Shown here: positions 21,001-30,141 of the stretch, one piece after another
Layout of the letters: each line of letters begins with the position of its first letter
Numbering within the stretch: the first letter of the stretch is position 1
NCBI GenBank assembly: GCA_965206745.1
Contig: OZ242220.1
Span: 992,001 to 1,056,000 of the forward strand
Length of the DNA: 64,000 nt
From: Nitrosopumilus sp.
GTDB lineage: Archaea; Thermoproteota; Nitrososphaeria; Nitrososphaerales; Nitrosopumilaceae
Direction of reading: 5' to 3'
Translations under genes and position numbers: made by a program
The notes under the pieces: generated by a model
The model's database searches: none
What the model saw: only the letters and a program-made list of their open reading frames with translations
Told to the model about the DNA's origin: nothing

Positions 21001-23232
21001 TGCAAAGGTACTTGTGTTGTCACCTGTCTCTTCAGCTTCAATTCTGATGATTTGGTTTGCGATCCTATCGGATCCTACCAAGCCGTCATTGTTGAAACCA
21101 AAGGAGAAGAAGTCTGCAACGATTGGATATTTCTTTGAACCGTCAACTACCATAGGAGGACTGAATTCAAATACTAATCCAACGTCGAAGGTCTCCCTAA
21201 GACTTGGACTAAATAGATTTCCTGTTACATCCTCAAGGGATAGATAATCCTGTGCGTCACCATTGGTAACTATTCTGACTGCGCTAGTACCGTTTTCGAA
21301 TGCACCAGTAGTAGCATTGATTGGCGTAGTGAATCCAGGATATACAAGATAGATATCCACACTGTTTTCAGCTGCACCTAGACTTCTAATGTCATAGTTG
21401 ATCAGGTTGAAGCCAGTGAAAGAGTCATCTCGGTTATCATTTATGCTGTCACGTATGTCTCTCATTGTAGAGCTCAAATCGATAGCAATTGAACCAATTG
21501 AAGTTGGAGTATCTGGTGCGTCGAATTGAATTATAGCTCGTTCACTAAAGGTTTCAACAGTTGCATTACCCTGTGTTAGAGCGCCAGTCATTATATCGAT
21601 TCTAGTTCTACCAGTACCATCACTGGATATAGAATTCGAACCCACACCGTCAGGACCTTCATCTATAAGATCAGCATGACCTACTACTCGCAGTACTCGT
21701 TCACTTTCACCCAAAGTGAATGGATCACCAAGGGTTATGGTTGGAATGAGTCCTACGTTTGGATCAAACAAATCCAAGTCTTCTTCAACTTTACTGTTCT
21801 TGTTGGCATCACCATCTATGATAATTACCGGGATTATTTCACCCGAGTTCCATTCATCATCAGATGCTTTGATGTCAATTACGGCAGTATCAAATTCGGC
21901 TGAAATTGAATGACCGACTTCATTGTACTCTATAACGGCAGTTGTGCCCCTTTCTGCATTACTTGTAATTTTCAATACTGATACATCTTGCTCATCATAT
22001 GTGGCAAAGATGCCAGTGTTGACCTCTTGTTCAGTAAGAGTTACAGGCCATGAACCTTCACCCAGTATAAGAGCGGGGTCGTTAGTACCTGTAGCGGTAA
22101 GATTATTCACCCCAAAGATATCAGGGTTGTTGGTATCACCGCTTGTACCTAAAATCACAAGATCAGTATCAACATTATCCTGAATGGTGACTACAGGAAT
22201 GTTTACATTATTTTGAGCAATAACATCAAGTAGCAATCTACAATTGGTTTCACACTGCATAGCACGACGTGAATCTTGAATATCGATTACATCACCAGCA
22301 AGTCGACCGTTCTCATCGAATACTTGGTAGTATACACCACCAGGTTGGATGTTAGATCCTTCTACACTTGCAAGGTTATTCTCGTCTTGGAGATTTGTAT
22401 TAAACGTCCAAGAGTCTTCGTCAGTTGGGTCGATGTTTAACCACCAGTCTGTAACTGTGGCATGCACTTGTGTATTATGTGAATACTTTGCCCTATCCAA
22501 TTCGAGCTTGGCAAATTGTTCAACGCTATCAAAGGTAAGTGTCGTTGATTGAACGCCACCTGCTGCATTGTATAGTACGTTGACATTTCCACCTTTTGCC
22601 AAATTGTATAGTTGTATGAAGGGCCAATAGTTTGGATTAATACCGATTTGTCCTGCTACTTCGGGAGATGGGAATCCGTTGATATCCCTCTCTTGACGAA
22701 GAACATTTTGGTTATCTGTATCGTCTAGTGGAGCAGTACAACGACCGTCATCCTCAACTGTGGGCATGGAGCCTACATACATTCCGACTGTTTCAGTTAT
22801 TGAAACTATACTACCACTGCCACTGATATCGGTATTCTCACTACAGAAAGTACCAAAGTCCAATCCAGAACCGGCAAATCGTTCTGCTACGGTTCCATCT
22901 GCGATTAGGGCTTGATCTTTATCTGCAAAGTAACCATACCAGGTACCATCAGAGGCTTGAACCATTCTAAGTTTGTTGCCATTGATGGTGACGTCAGGTT
23001 CACCTTTTGACTCGTTTGTCTCATTGATGTCAGAATTTATGACCTTGACCTCAATTACTTGAGGACCAGACATGTAGTTGTCAAACTGGGACTGTTCTGC
23101 GGAAACCCTTAGGTTAGCGTTGAGTGCAAATGCCTCCGGCGTTACGCCAGGTGCGGCAATTGTCAGACCACCAGCTAACATTATTGTCATAAGCGTTAGA
23201 CTAGTTATTTTTCGTTTTATTTCGTTATACAT
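18067..23232 (-). CDS. S-layer protein (Nitrosopumilus Nmar_1547/Nmar_1201 type), copy 1
   Basis: MYNEIKRKITSLTLMTIMLAGGLTIAAPG signal peptide; repeated ETGxxTGxFxG and IxDPDxNxD Ig-like motifs; very acidic; C-terminal AWESLSNPTALS. Confidence 0.9.
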   Translation of the reverse strand: MYNEIKRKITSLTLMTIMLAGGLTIAAPGVTPEAFALNANLRVSAEQSQFDNYMSGPQVIEVKVINSDINETNESKGEPDVTINGNKLRMVQASDGTWYGYFADKDQALIADGTVAERFAGSGLDFGTFCSENTDISGSGSIVSITETVGMYVGSMPTVEDDGRCTAPLDDTDNQNVLRQERDINGFPSPEVAGQIGINPNYWPFIQLYNLAKGGNVNVLYNAAGGVQSTTLTFDSVEQFAKLELDRAKYSHNTQVHATVTDWWLNIDPTDEDSWTFNTNLQDENNLASVEGSNIQPGGVYYQVFDENGRLAGDVIDIQDSRRAMQCETNCRLLLDVIAQNNVNIPVVTIQDNVDTDLVILGTSGDTNNPDIFGVNNLTATGTNDPALILGEGSWPVTLTEQEVNTGIFATYDEQDVSVLKITSNAERGTTAVIEYNEVGHSISAEFDTAVIDIKASDDEWNSGEIIPVIIIDGDANKNSKVEEDLDLFDPNVGLIPTITLGDPFTLGESERVLRVVGHADLIDEGPDGVGSNSISSDGTGRTRIDIMTGALTQGNATVETFSERAIIQFDAPDTPTSIGSIAIDLSSTMRDIRDSINDNRDDSFTGFNLINYDIRSLGAAENSVDIYLVYPGFTTPINATTGAFENGTSAVRIVTNGDAQDYLSLEDVTGNLFSPSLRETFDVGLVFEFSPPMVVDGSKKYPIVADFFSFGFNNDGLVGSDRIANQIIRIEAEETGDNTSTFAGTLEYTMINQLNINDLSTYLGLSTIADDPDFIVIEDLTDEDDVRVTYFDLGEDGVSTQVSDQEAAPSHSGVVSFDSDSYKTADTVIITVDDLDLNVDSETKDVYTIVRNATDDNYDVVGSSHVTGGGTSVTLSNGDQLGRLLDVTFDDQTWTEGEHSTCIGSDANVGLGSTGFTLGETSRDSGRFVGSFQIPAQWCHPTNGLETATGLDIEVNYVDFRDASGEVIEVGDSAGVRANTGSVSLDRTVYPVPFGIPADYNPEDNTSHAPSIDNNNRRSLFPIHQSGVNGLGISDQTTGLDSGEYLNAGDLTIHVRINDPDWDVSASGEDTIAYVDPVTGLGPVKVSVIRGSNTVVLTYAGGEATQGGKINVDDIAQNRSTVPEFGPISEIAPDAGIFEADITVRYTDGPASSSCPDTTQYLISDGSRSGDVLDRFTVPQDTVIPGKHCILQGDILQVEYTDPTDASGDVNTVTDSATFDLRNGVLQSDKSVYIIGSDMILTLIEPDLDLDNDQAETYDLDLIEWDSDAATVTMGDADGAGALFDPEPLDFRETGDSTGIFQIVIEVPEALDGDPLERGEEILLEYTDWGPSGSDYVGDEDEDVNLTLFTSNFGATVELDQKVYTWTDKVYITIVAPDHNFDSDLVDEIGETERDPVTIATRGNDLDQYRLVETGTDTGIFTGEVILTGFHHDADGVAGDDTSPRTEGEGPTNGFLQADDDDGLTVSFEFSEDETVVGSALIRWNIGEVQWLEASYPATGTGVVRVIDPDVNLDPEAVDNFDVDVWSDSDSGGIDLTVTETNEATGIFEGTVFFTLGDKSEGHRLRVAEGDTVTVEYEDNTLPDPYSTADELEITATTLIGTVVPPLERVVVSNLRPLDSFENSLDTISVDQQVQVTADLASGQDKDQEFAYLVQIQDGNGVTVSLSWIIGSLYGGQSFSSAVSWTPTSAGDYKITAFAWESLSNPTALSPPVSTEITVS

Positions 23233-23581
23233 GTTATTGATTTTTTACTCTGAAATGAGTATTTAATGTTAATGGACGAATCATTCACAAGATATGACCC
23301 AGATTTTGATCCCATATTCAGATGCAGAGCACGAATTGGACTTGAAAAAATCATGCCTGATGCAGGAAACGATTGGGAGGATATATTTTTCTGGAATTGA
23401 GATAATCTTTCTAGAGTCAAATGTATGGGTCATCTTGTAAATCTCTCATAGTCTGAATTTGCGTGATGTGAACAGAAAAGTTACTCTGAAGGACTTGCAG
23501 ATAAATATTGATGCCCCAATACAGGGTTACTCCAAGAGGCAAACAGACAAGATATTTACTTGAAATAAAACTTGTTCTCAT

Positions 23582-24226
23582 ATGAAACAATTTTACTTGT
23601 TGCTGATACCCGTTTTAATCGGCATAGTTACCGGGATGTTTTTGGCGTTTTACCCCGAATCAGAGACAGAACCAAACATATTCACTGCCTCAAAACTGAT
23701 CAACGGAGGTTCCCCAATCATTGGCAACTCTGATGCGCCAATCACCATCTTGGAATGGGGGGATTATCAGTGTACATACTGCTACAAATTTCACCAAAGC
23801 ACTCTAGATACAATAAAAGAAGATTTCATCAAGACAGGCAAAGTCAAATTGCTCTTCAAAGACTTTCCATTAAACGGTCCTGATTCATTGCTGGCTGCAG
23901 AGGCATCACACTGTGCAGAGGATCAAAAAAAATACTGGCAATATCACGACGAACTGTACAAGAACTGGGGAGGGGAGAGAACAGGATGGATTACCAGAGA
24001 GTCATTGTCAGATTTTGCAGATGCAGTAAACCTGGATTTGAATGAATTTGACAAGTGCCTCAATGAACACAGATATCAAGACAAAGTTAGCGCAATACAT
24101 GAGTTTGGAAAGGAGATAGGAATTGATGCAACACCGTCATTTTTGGTGTTCAATGGAGAGAATATTATCAAAATCAGGGGAAACCAGCCACTAGAGGTAT
24201 TCCTCAAAACATTTGAGGAACTATGA
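23582..24226 (+). CDS. DsbA-family thiol-disulfide oxidoreductase
   Basis: N-terminal TM anchor; WGDYQCTYC, KDFPL and GIDATPSF motifs. Confidence 0.88.
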   Translation: MKQFYLLLIPVLIGIVTGMFLAFYPESETEPNIFTASKLINGGSPIIGNSDAPITILEWGDYQCTYCYKFHQSTLDTIKEDFIKTGKVKLLFKDFPLNGPDSLLAAEASHCAEDQKKYWQYHDELYKNWGGERTGWITRESLSDFADAVNLDLNEFDKCLNEHRYQDKVSAIHEFGKEIGIDATPSFLVFNGENIIKIRGNQPLEVFLKTFEEL

Positions 24227-24277
24227 TTTTGAAAAATCAATCAAAAAGATATATTCGCAAATCATGGATACAACGTA

Positions 24278-25558
24278 ATGCCCAAGATTGACATTGAGAA
24301 ACAGGATTCTGTAAAAATCTACAAAATCAGGAAGACACTCGAAGAGTTGTCGCAAAAATCAGGCAGAGGTACAGAGCTAATCACGGTATACATTCCAAAA
24401 GGAAAGCAGTTGCATGAAATTATCAATTCACTTCAGCAGGAACAGGGTACTGCAGACAACATAAAATCGGATTTGACAAGATCACACGTTGTTGATTCTC
24501 TGGGCAAAGTTATCCAGAGATTAAAACTGTACAAAAAAACTCCAGAAAAAGGACTGGTGATGTTTTGCGGAGCGTTGCCTCCCGAAGAGGGAGGCCCCCT
24601 AGGAAGTGAAGTGGTCAAGGTTTGGGAGATAGACCCTCCAAAAGATCTGAATCAGTATCTTTACAGATGCGATGATCATTTCCATGTAGACATACTAAAG
24701 GACATGCTAAAGGATGACAATCTGATAGGATTTCTTGCAATAGATGCAAAAGATGCAGGTTGGGGATTGTTACACGGGGACAAAATAGAAGTGCTAAACC
24801 ATACAGGTTCCGGAGTGGCTGGAAAACACAGGCAAGGGGGACAGTCAGCAAAGAGATTCCAAAAGCTAAGAGAGATGGAATTGAGTTACTTTTACAACAG
24901 AGTCGCACAGACCACTAGGGAATATTTTATTGACATTTACCCAGTAAAGGGACTGATCATTTCAGGTCCAGGACCCACAAAGGAGGATTTTATCAACGGG
25001 AACTATCTAGAATACAGATTGCAAAACAACATCATCAATACAATTGACGCATCATATTCTGGAGCTGAGGGAATAAGAGAAGCGTTTCAGAAATCCTCGG
25101 ATATCTTAGGCAACTTTAGAATGGTCGAAGAGAAAAAAATGGTAGAGGATCTATTCAGAGAGATAAACACAAACACGGGAAAAGGCGCCTACGGTTTGCA
25201 CGAGGTGGTAGAGTATTTGAAAAACAACGTAGTTCAGACTTTGCTAATCACAGACAATACAAACATGCACAGAGTCGAGGGAAAATGCAAGCGTTGCCAA
25301 CACGTTCAAGAGGAGATTGTTGAAAGGCCGCTAGTCATTCCAAAAAAGACGGAATACTCATCCAGGTCATGTCCCGGATGCAATGCAATGGAGGTAAAAG
25401 TCAACGAGCAAGACATTGTGGACTATTTGGAGATACTCTCATCAAAAGCAGGCTCCCAGTTGGAAGTTATTTCTGGAAGTGCAGAACATGGAAACAACCT
25501 TTCAAGCTTGGGGAAAATCGGAGCTATCTTAAGATACAATCCGGGTCATGCTAAATAA
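24278..25558 (+). CDS. prf1: Peptide chain release factor aRF1
   Basis: NIKS, YRCD and GKHRQGGQSA motifs; C-terminal zinc ribbon. Confidence 0.97.
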   Translation: MPKIDIEKQDSVKIYKIRKTLEELSQKSGRGTELITVYIPKGKQLHEIINSLQQEQGTADNIKSDLTRSHVVDSLGKVIQRLKLYKKTPEKGLVMFCGALPPEEGGPLGSEVVKVWEIDPPKDLNQYLYRCDDHFHVDILKDMLKDDNLIGFLAIDAKDAGWGLLHGDKIEVLNHTGSGVAGKHRQGGQSAKRFQKLREMELSYFYNRVAQTTREYFIDIYPVKGLIISGPGPTKEDFINGNYLEYRLQNNIINTIDASYSGAEGIREAFQKSSDILGNFRMVEEKKMVEDLFREINTNTGKGAYGLHEVVEYLKNNVVQTLLITDNTNMHRVEGKCKRCQHVQEEIVERPLVIPKKTEYSSRSCPGCNAMEVKVNEQDIVDYLEILSSKAGSQLEVISGSAEHGNNLSSLGKIGAILRYNPGHAK

Positions 25559-25955
25559 AACCGCGGATTTTTTTGGCGAGCTCTAAAAGTTCTTGCTCAC
25601 TTGAAATCTGACGTTTAGTCCAGACGGTTCCCTTGCTATTGTATCTTGGAATAATATGAATATGAACATGTGGAATGATTTGTTTTGCGGCCCTGCCGTT
25701 GTTTTGCCCCAGACTGAATGCATCTGCCCCTGTAGCATCTAAAATCGCCTTTGCAATTTTTGGAACTAGTGAAAATACCTTTCCAACATTTTCTGAAGTC
25801 ATATCGGTGATTCTTTCATGATGTTTTCTTGGAATTACCAAGCTGTGGCCAACATCAATAGGATACTTGTCTAAAAATGCAATATGTGATTCATCCTCAT
25901 ACAAGAGATGCCCATCCCTTGTGCCATCTAAAATTTCACAGAAAATACACCCCAT
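25551..25955 (-). CDS. HIT family nucleotide hydrolase
   Basis: CIFC at the N-terminus; HVHIH triad. Confidence 0.92.
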   Translation of the reverse strand: MGCIFCEILDGTRDGHLLYEDESHIAFLDKYPIDVGHSLVIPRKHHERITDMTSENVGKVFSLVPKIAKAILDATGADAFSLGQNNGRAAKQIIPHVHIHIIPRYNSKGTVWTKRQISSEQELLELAKKIRGFI

Positions 25956-26314
25956 AGAAAACAGTGTTTTATGATTTTATTTATTGTTTTTATTCAATGT
26001 GAAATGAAATACAAGCAGGCCACACATAGGTTATCTGCAGAAAGTAAATCTCAAGGGTCTAGACTTTTTCTTGACCACAATGCATGCATCTTTTTGAGGA
26101 TAGTATCTTAAACCACACAAAATCATGAATGAAACCGTCCTTGCAACTCACATGAACCATAACAAGGACACCATTACAAAGAGTCTAGTCAAAAACTGTA
26201 TCGATCAGCATTAATTTTTACAGGTTTTCAAAATAAGAGACATCCTAAAACACGATTTAAGAGTCCACAGTTACGAATGGTTAATTAGGGCATATTTTAG
26301 AGTCAAATTATCTC

Positions 26315-26908
26315 ATGGGCCGAAAAGAGAGAAAAGAACGCGAAGTAAAACGTGAAAATTACGCCACAAAGCATTCTGCTGCAAAGAGAAAAGAGACACT
26401 GATTGCAGTCGGAGTACTGGCAGTAATTGCAATAATTGTCGGATATGCAGTATACGTGTTCATAGACCTGCCATCTGCACCGGGAGGTCCAGAGAATGCA
26501 GGAGATATAAGAAGTGCACATGATCATGCGGCAATTTTGGTAAAGATTTTTGGAGACACGTTTGACTTTTCCAGTCCGACATATCAGATAAAATCGCCTT
26601 GGATTCATTTTGAAGGAAGTGATGGGACCACAATCCACAAGCACGCAACAGGCGTAACTTTGGGATATCTCTTTGAGACTCTAGGGGTAGGTCTTGATGA
26701 CAAATGCTATACATTCCCAGACGGAAAAGACTTTTGCTCAGACGGATCAAATGTATTAAAATTCTTCATCAACAGGGAGCAGGTATCAGACATCAGGGAT
26801 TATGAGGTTATGGAGGATGACAGGGTATTGGTTCTGTTTGGCAGTGAAACTCCTGAAGAAATTGAAGCATATCTGTTACAACTAGACGCTCAGGAATTAG
26901 TCAAATAG
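26315..26908 (+). CDS. Membrane-anchored hypothetical protein with HxH metal-binding-like motifs
   Basis: Basic N-terminus plus TM helix; AHDHA, WIHFE and IHKHA motifs. Confidence 0.75.
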   Translation: MGRKERKEREVKRENYATKHSAAKRKETLIAVGVLAVIAIIVGYAVYVFIDLPSAPGGPENAGDIRSAHDHAAILVKIFGDTFDFSSPTYQIKSPWIHFEGSDGTTIHKHATGVTLGYLFETLGVGLDDKCYTFPDGKDFCSDGSNVLKFFINREQVSDIRDYEVMEDDRVLVLFGSETPEEIEAYLLQLDAQELVK

Positions 26909-26943
26909 AATTTTAAAGATTATACCCTAGTAAACAATAATGT

Positions 26944-27547
26944 ATTTTGTTGCATGATTCTGCCTGTATCATCTTTTAGATCTCTTATTTAATAAAATTA
27001 AATCTAAAGGGCATCAAATAATTCATGTCTGTGTAAGCAAAAATTAGAATGATTGCAACAATAAACTCTGCAAACGAAGGTTACTTTCGCATCAATGTTG
27101 ACCTCATAGATGGATTCAAAAAGGAATTAAAAAGGATGAACAAGAAAAACCAAGAGGACAGTATCCAGACGAGATAATTATGATTCTTGCATATATCCAT
27201 CTCTACTATACATTGCCATACAGACATCGGGTCTGACAGAAACCTTGTTTGATGATAAAATCAAGGTTCCCTCATACAGTACTATATGAAAAATAAACAA
27301 GTTACAATGTGACTTGACCCAGAGCAAATATGCACATGGCAACATCACCATTGCAATTGACAGTACGGGAATAAAGGTAGCAGTCAGGGATGATTCGATA
27401 ATATACAAGCACAGCAGCATGAGATGAAACTCAAGGTCGCCGTACAACAACAGGACGGTACTGGTACGATTTCAGAGAGTGTGGTTTGGACTAGATTGTG
27501 CAGGGAGGCAAATAATCATCTGAATTCAGTGAGTCATGTAGCAAAGC
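26944..27547 (+). mobile_element. Internally deleted IS5-family (IS903-group-like) element, ~600 bp, non-autonomous
   Basis: Degenerate TIRs attttgttgcatgattc and gagtcatgtagcaaagc (cf. IS903 GGCTTTGTTGAATAAATC); broken transposase pieces KKELKRMNKK, YPDEIIMILAYIHLYYTLPYRH and ITIAIDSTGIKV. Confidence 0.8.
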
Positions 27548-27591
27548 ACATGAAATCATAATTTTTAATGTCAAATTTGTCACATATTGAT

Positions 27592-27619
27592 TTTGTTATA
27601 TAACAAATTTGTTATATAA
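27592..27619. promoter_or_regulatory. Overlapping perfect palindromes TTTGTTATATAACAAA and TTATATAACAAATTTGTTATATAA
   Basis: Read directly from the sequence; function unknown. Confidence 0.35.
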
Positions 27620-27852
27620 AATAGCATAAACAACAAACAGGATCATGCTAGAACATCAGGATTACTTTTGAGAATTCATCTACCTACAAGTAGGACAGAG
27701 ATACGAATATCTTATACATTACAACAAATACAGAAACATCGTCGATTGTCATCGGATTCTTTAGAGCCACCTCTCAGTAGCATATTGGATAAATGACGTT
27801 ATAGTAAATCTCCTCAAACTCTAATATTATGGCAATCTAAATTTGACATGTC

Positions 27853-29526
27853 ATGGAAATATCTAGCAAGAACGTTGTAGGGGGTACAGCACGTGCCCCA
27901 CACAGGGCAATGTACAAAGCTATGGGGCTAGATGACAATGATCTGAATAAGCCATTCATAGGAGTATGCCATACGGGAAATGAGGCAACTCCGTGCAACA
28001 TACTGTTACCAACACTAGCTGAAGAGGCAAAAAGAGGAGTTGCGCAAAACGGTGCGACCCCGAGAATATTCTCAACTATTGCAGTAAGTGACGGAATTGC
28101 AATGGGACATGAAGGAATGAAATCTTCGCTGATATCCCGTGAAGTCATAGCCGATTCCATTGAATTGATGGTAAGGGCTCACCAGTATGACGGAATTGTA
28201 GGAATCGCAGGGTGTGATAAGAGCCTTCCCGGAACAATGATGGCAATGGCTCGATTAAACCTACCATCAGTCTTTGTTTATGGCGGAACCATCATGCCCG
28301 GAATTCTTGATGGAAAAGAACTGACAGTTGTGGATGTTTATGAGGCAGTGGGGGCATACGATGCAGGGCAAATCTCCTTGGAGATGTTAAAAAATATTGA
28401 AAATACGGCGTGTCCCAGTTCAGGATCATGCGGAGGCATGTTTACTGCAAATACAATGGCATCAATTTCAGAGGCCATAGGATTGGCGTTGCCAGGAAGT
28501 GCCAGTCCTCCTGCAGAAGATGACCGTCGAAACAAAATGGTGTATGATACAGGTGCTGCATGTGCAAAATTATTGGAGTTGAGCATCAAACCAAGAGACA
28601 TTATGACGTATGAGGCATTTGAGAATTCAATCGTAATGCTTAATGCAGTTGGCGGTTCTACAAACGGAATTTTGCATCTGTTATCAATGGCCAGCGAGGC
28701 CAGAGTCAAACTGACATATGATGATTTTGAAAAGATTCGCAAAAAGACACCACACATTGCAGACATGAAACCAGGTGGAAGTTACGTTATGAACAGTCTT
28801 GATAAAATTGGAGGAATTCCTTTTGTTCTCAAAAAATTAGCAGCCAAAGGGTTGTTAAACGAGAATTGTATCACCGTGACTGGAAAAACCATGCGACAGA
28901 ATCTTGATTCGATGAGCATTCCAGAACCTGAACAGACAATTATCAGGCCAATTGAAAACCCACTTCATACAGTTGGAACCGCAGTAATACTCAAAGGAAG
29001 TCTTGCTCCCGAAGGGGCCGTAATCAAGACGGCAGGAGTGGAGATGACAAAGTTTACCGGCAAAGCCCGAGTATACAACAGAGAAGAGCATGCCTTTGAT
29101 GCAGTTGCCAAGGGTGATGTGGAAGAGGGTGACGTTGTAGTTATCAGATATGAAGGTCCAAAGGGAGGACCAGGCATGAGGGAAATGCTTGCAACAACTG
29201 CAGCATTGGTAGGACAAGGTTTGGGCAAAAAAGTAGCAATGGTTACAGATGGAAGATTTTCAGGAGGCACCAGGGGGTTCATGGTAGGCCACGTTGCACC
29301 AGAAGCATATGTTGGAGGTCCTATTGCACTAGTCAAAGATGGCGATGGGATTACAATTGACACTGAAACCACGGTTATTGACATTCATGTCTCAGAAGAA
29401 GAGTTGGCAAAAAGGAGGGAATCATGGAGAAGGCCTGATCCAAATTACACATCAGGGGCATTGGCAAAATATGCAACGCTTGTAGGCTCAGCCGCACAAG
29501 GTGCAATCACCTCTGCAAACCCGTAG
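27853..29526 (+). CDS. ilvD: Dihydroxy-acid dehydratase
   Basis: [38 protein letters not shown] and TDGRFSG motifs. Confidence 0.97.
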   Translation: MEISSKNVVGGTARAPHRAMYKAMGLDDNDLNKPFIGVCHTGNEATPCNILLPTLAEEAKRGVAQNGATPRIFSTIAVSDGIAMGHEGMKSSLISREVIADSIELMVRAHQYDGIVGIAGCDKSLPGTMMAMARLNLPSVFVYGGTIMPGILDGKELTVVDVYEAVGAYDAGQISLEMLKNIENTACPSSGSCGGMFTANTMASISEAIGLALPGSASPPAEDDRRNKMVYDTGAACAKLLELSIKPRDIMTYEAFENSIVMLNAVGGSTNGILHLLSMASEARVKLTYDDFEKIRKKTPHIADMKPGGSYVMNSLDKIGGIPFVLKKLAAKGLLNENCITVTGKTMRQNLDSMSIPEPEQTIIRPIENPLHTVGTAVILKGSLAPEGAVIKTAGVEMTKFTGKARVYNREEHAFDAVAKGDVEEGDVVVIRYEGPKGGPGMREMLATTAALVGQGLGKKVAMVTDGRFSGGTRGFMVGHVAPEAYVGGPIALVKDGDGITIDTETTVIDIHVSEEELAKRRESWRRPDPNYTSGALAKYATLVGSAAQGAITSANP

Positions 29527-29694
29527 GATGAACAATTCATCCACAAGCTTTATAGATCGCAATACAAGTTAACCATCAGAGATAACAGAAAAAATAACAT
29601 TATGCTTATCATATTGCTGTTGTCTACTACAGGTTAATCTCTCAACAGCATACCCAAAGATTAAACCAGAGTTTAAAATTATCAATATACACTC

Positions 29695-29904
29695 ATGAAT
29701 ATCTACTCTAGCAAATTTGCGATAATTGTCATAATAATACTGGTAGGCATTCTCGCATTGCAGATGGTGACTAATAGCAATAATGCCCAACAATTAATCG
29801 ACTTGGAAACTTGTGAGATATACACCATGGATCCTGCCAATACCAAAAAATATCTAAATGAATTTGATGCAAAATGCCTTGATTTTAAAAGCCTAAACAC
29901 CTAG
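29695..29904 (+). CDS. Small membrane-anchored hypothetical protein
   Basis: TM helix plus a two-Cys domain. Confidence 0.6.
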   Translation: MNIYSSKFAIIVIIILVGILALQMVTNSNNAQQLIDLETCEIYTMDPANTKKYLNEFDAKCLDFKSLNT

Positions 29905-29939
29905 AAAATCAATTAATAAAACAAAGACTGTGAAAATAC

Positions 29940-30137
29940 ATGGAAGATCCGTCTGAAATAAACTCTGTATTTTGGAATGAGGCAAAAAAATCATGGGATT
30001 ATAAAATGATCAAGGTTGATGAGTATTTTGGATTCAACGAATGCCAACAGTGCCGAAAACCAATGTCGCATAATGTAAAAACAGGAGGAGAGTTCAAGAT
30101 GGTTTATGTAAAATGTGGCTGTGCAGAAAGAGAGTGA
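29940..30137 (+). CDS. Small Cys-rich (CxxC...CxC) hypothetical protein
   Basis: 65-aa ORF with a zinc-ribbon-like pattern. Confidence 0.7.
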   Translation: MEDPSEINSVFWNEAKKSWDYKMIKVDEYFGFNECQQCRKPMSHNVKTGGEFKMVYVKCGCAERE

Positions 30138-30141
30138 TTCT

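Larger units (their letters stand above)
17916..23289. repeat. 5374-bp direct repeat, copy 1 (S-layer gene plus promoter and terminator)
   Basis: Matches 38945-44318 at offset 21029; one substitution seen (22632 T vs 43661 C). Confidence 0.95.
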
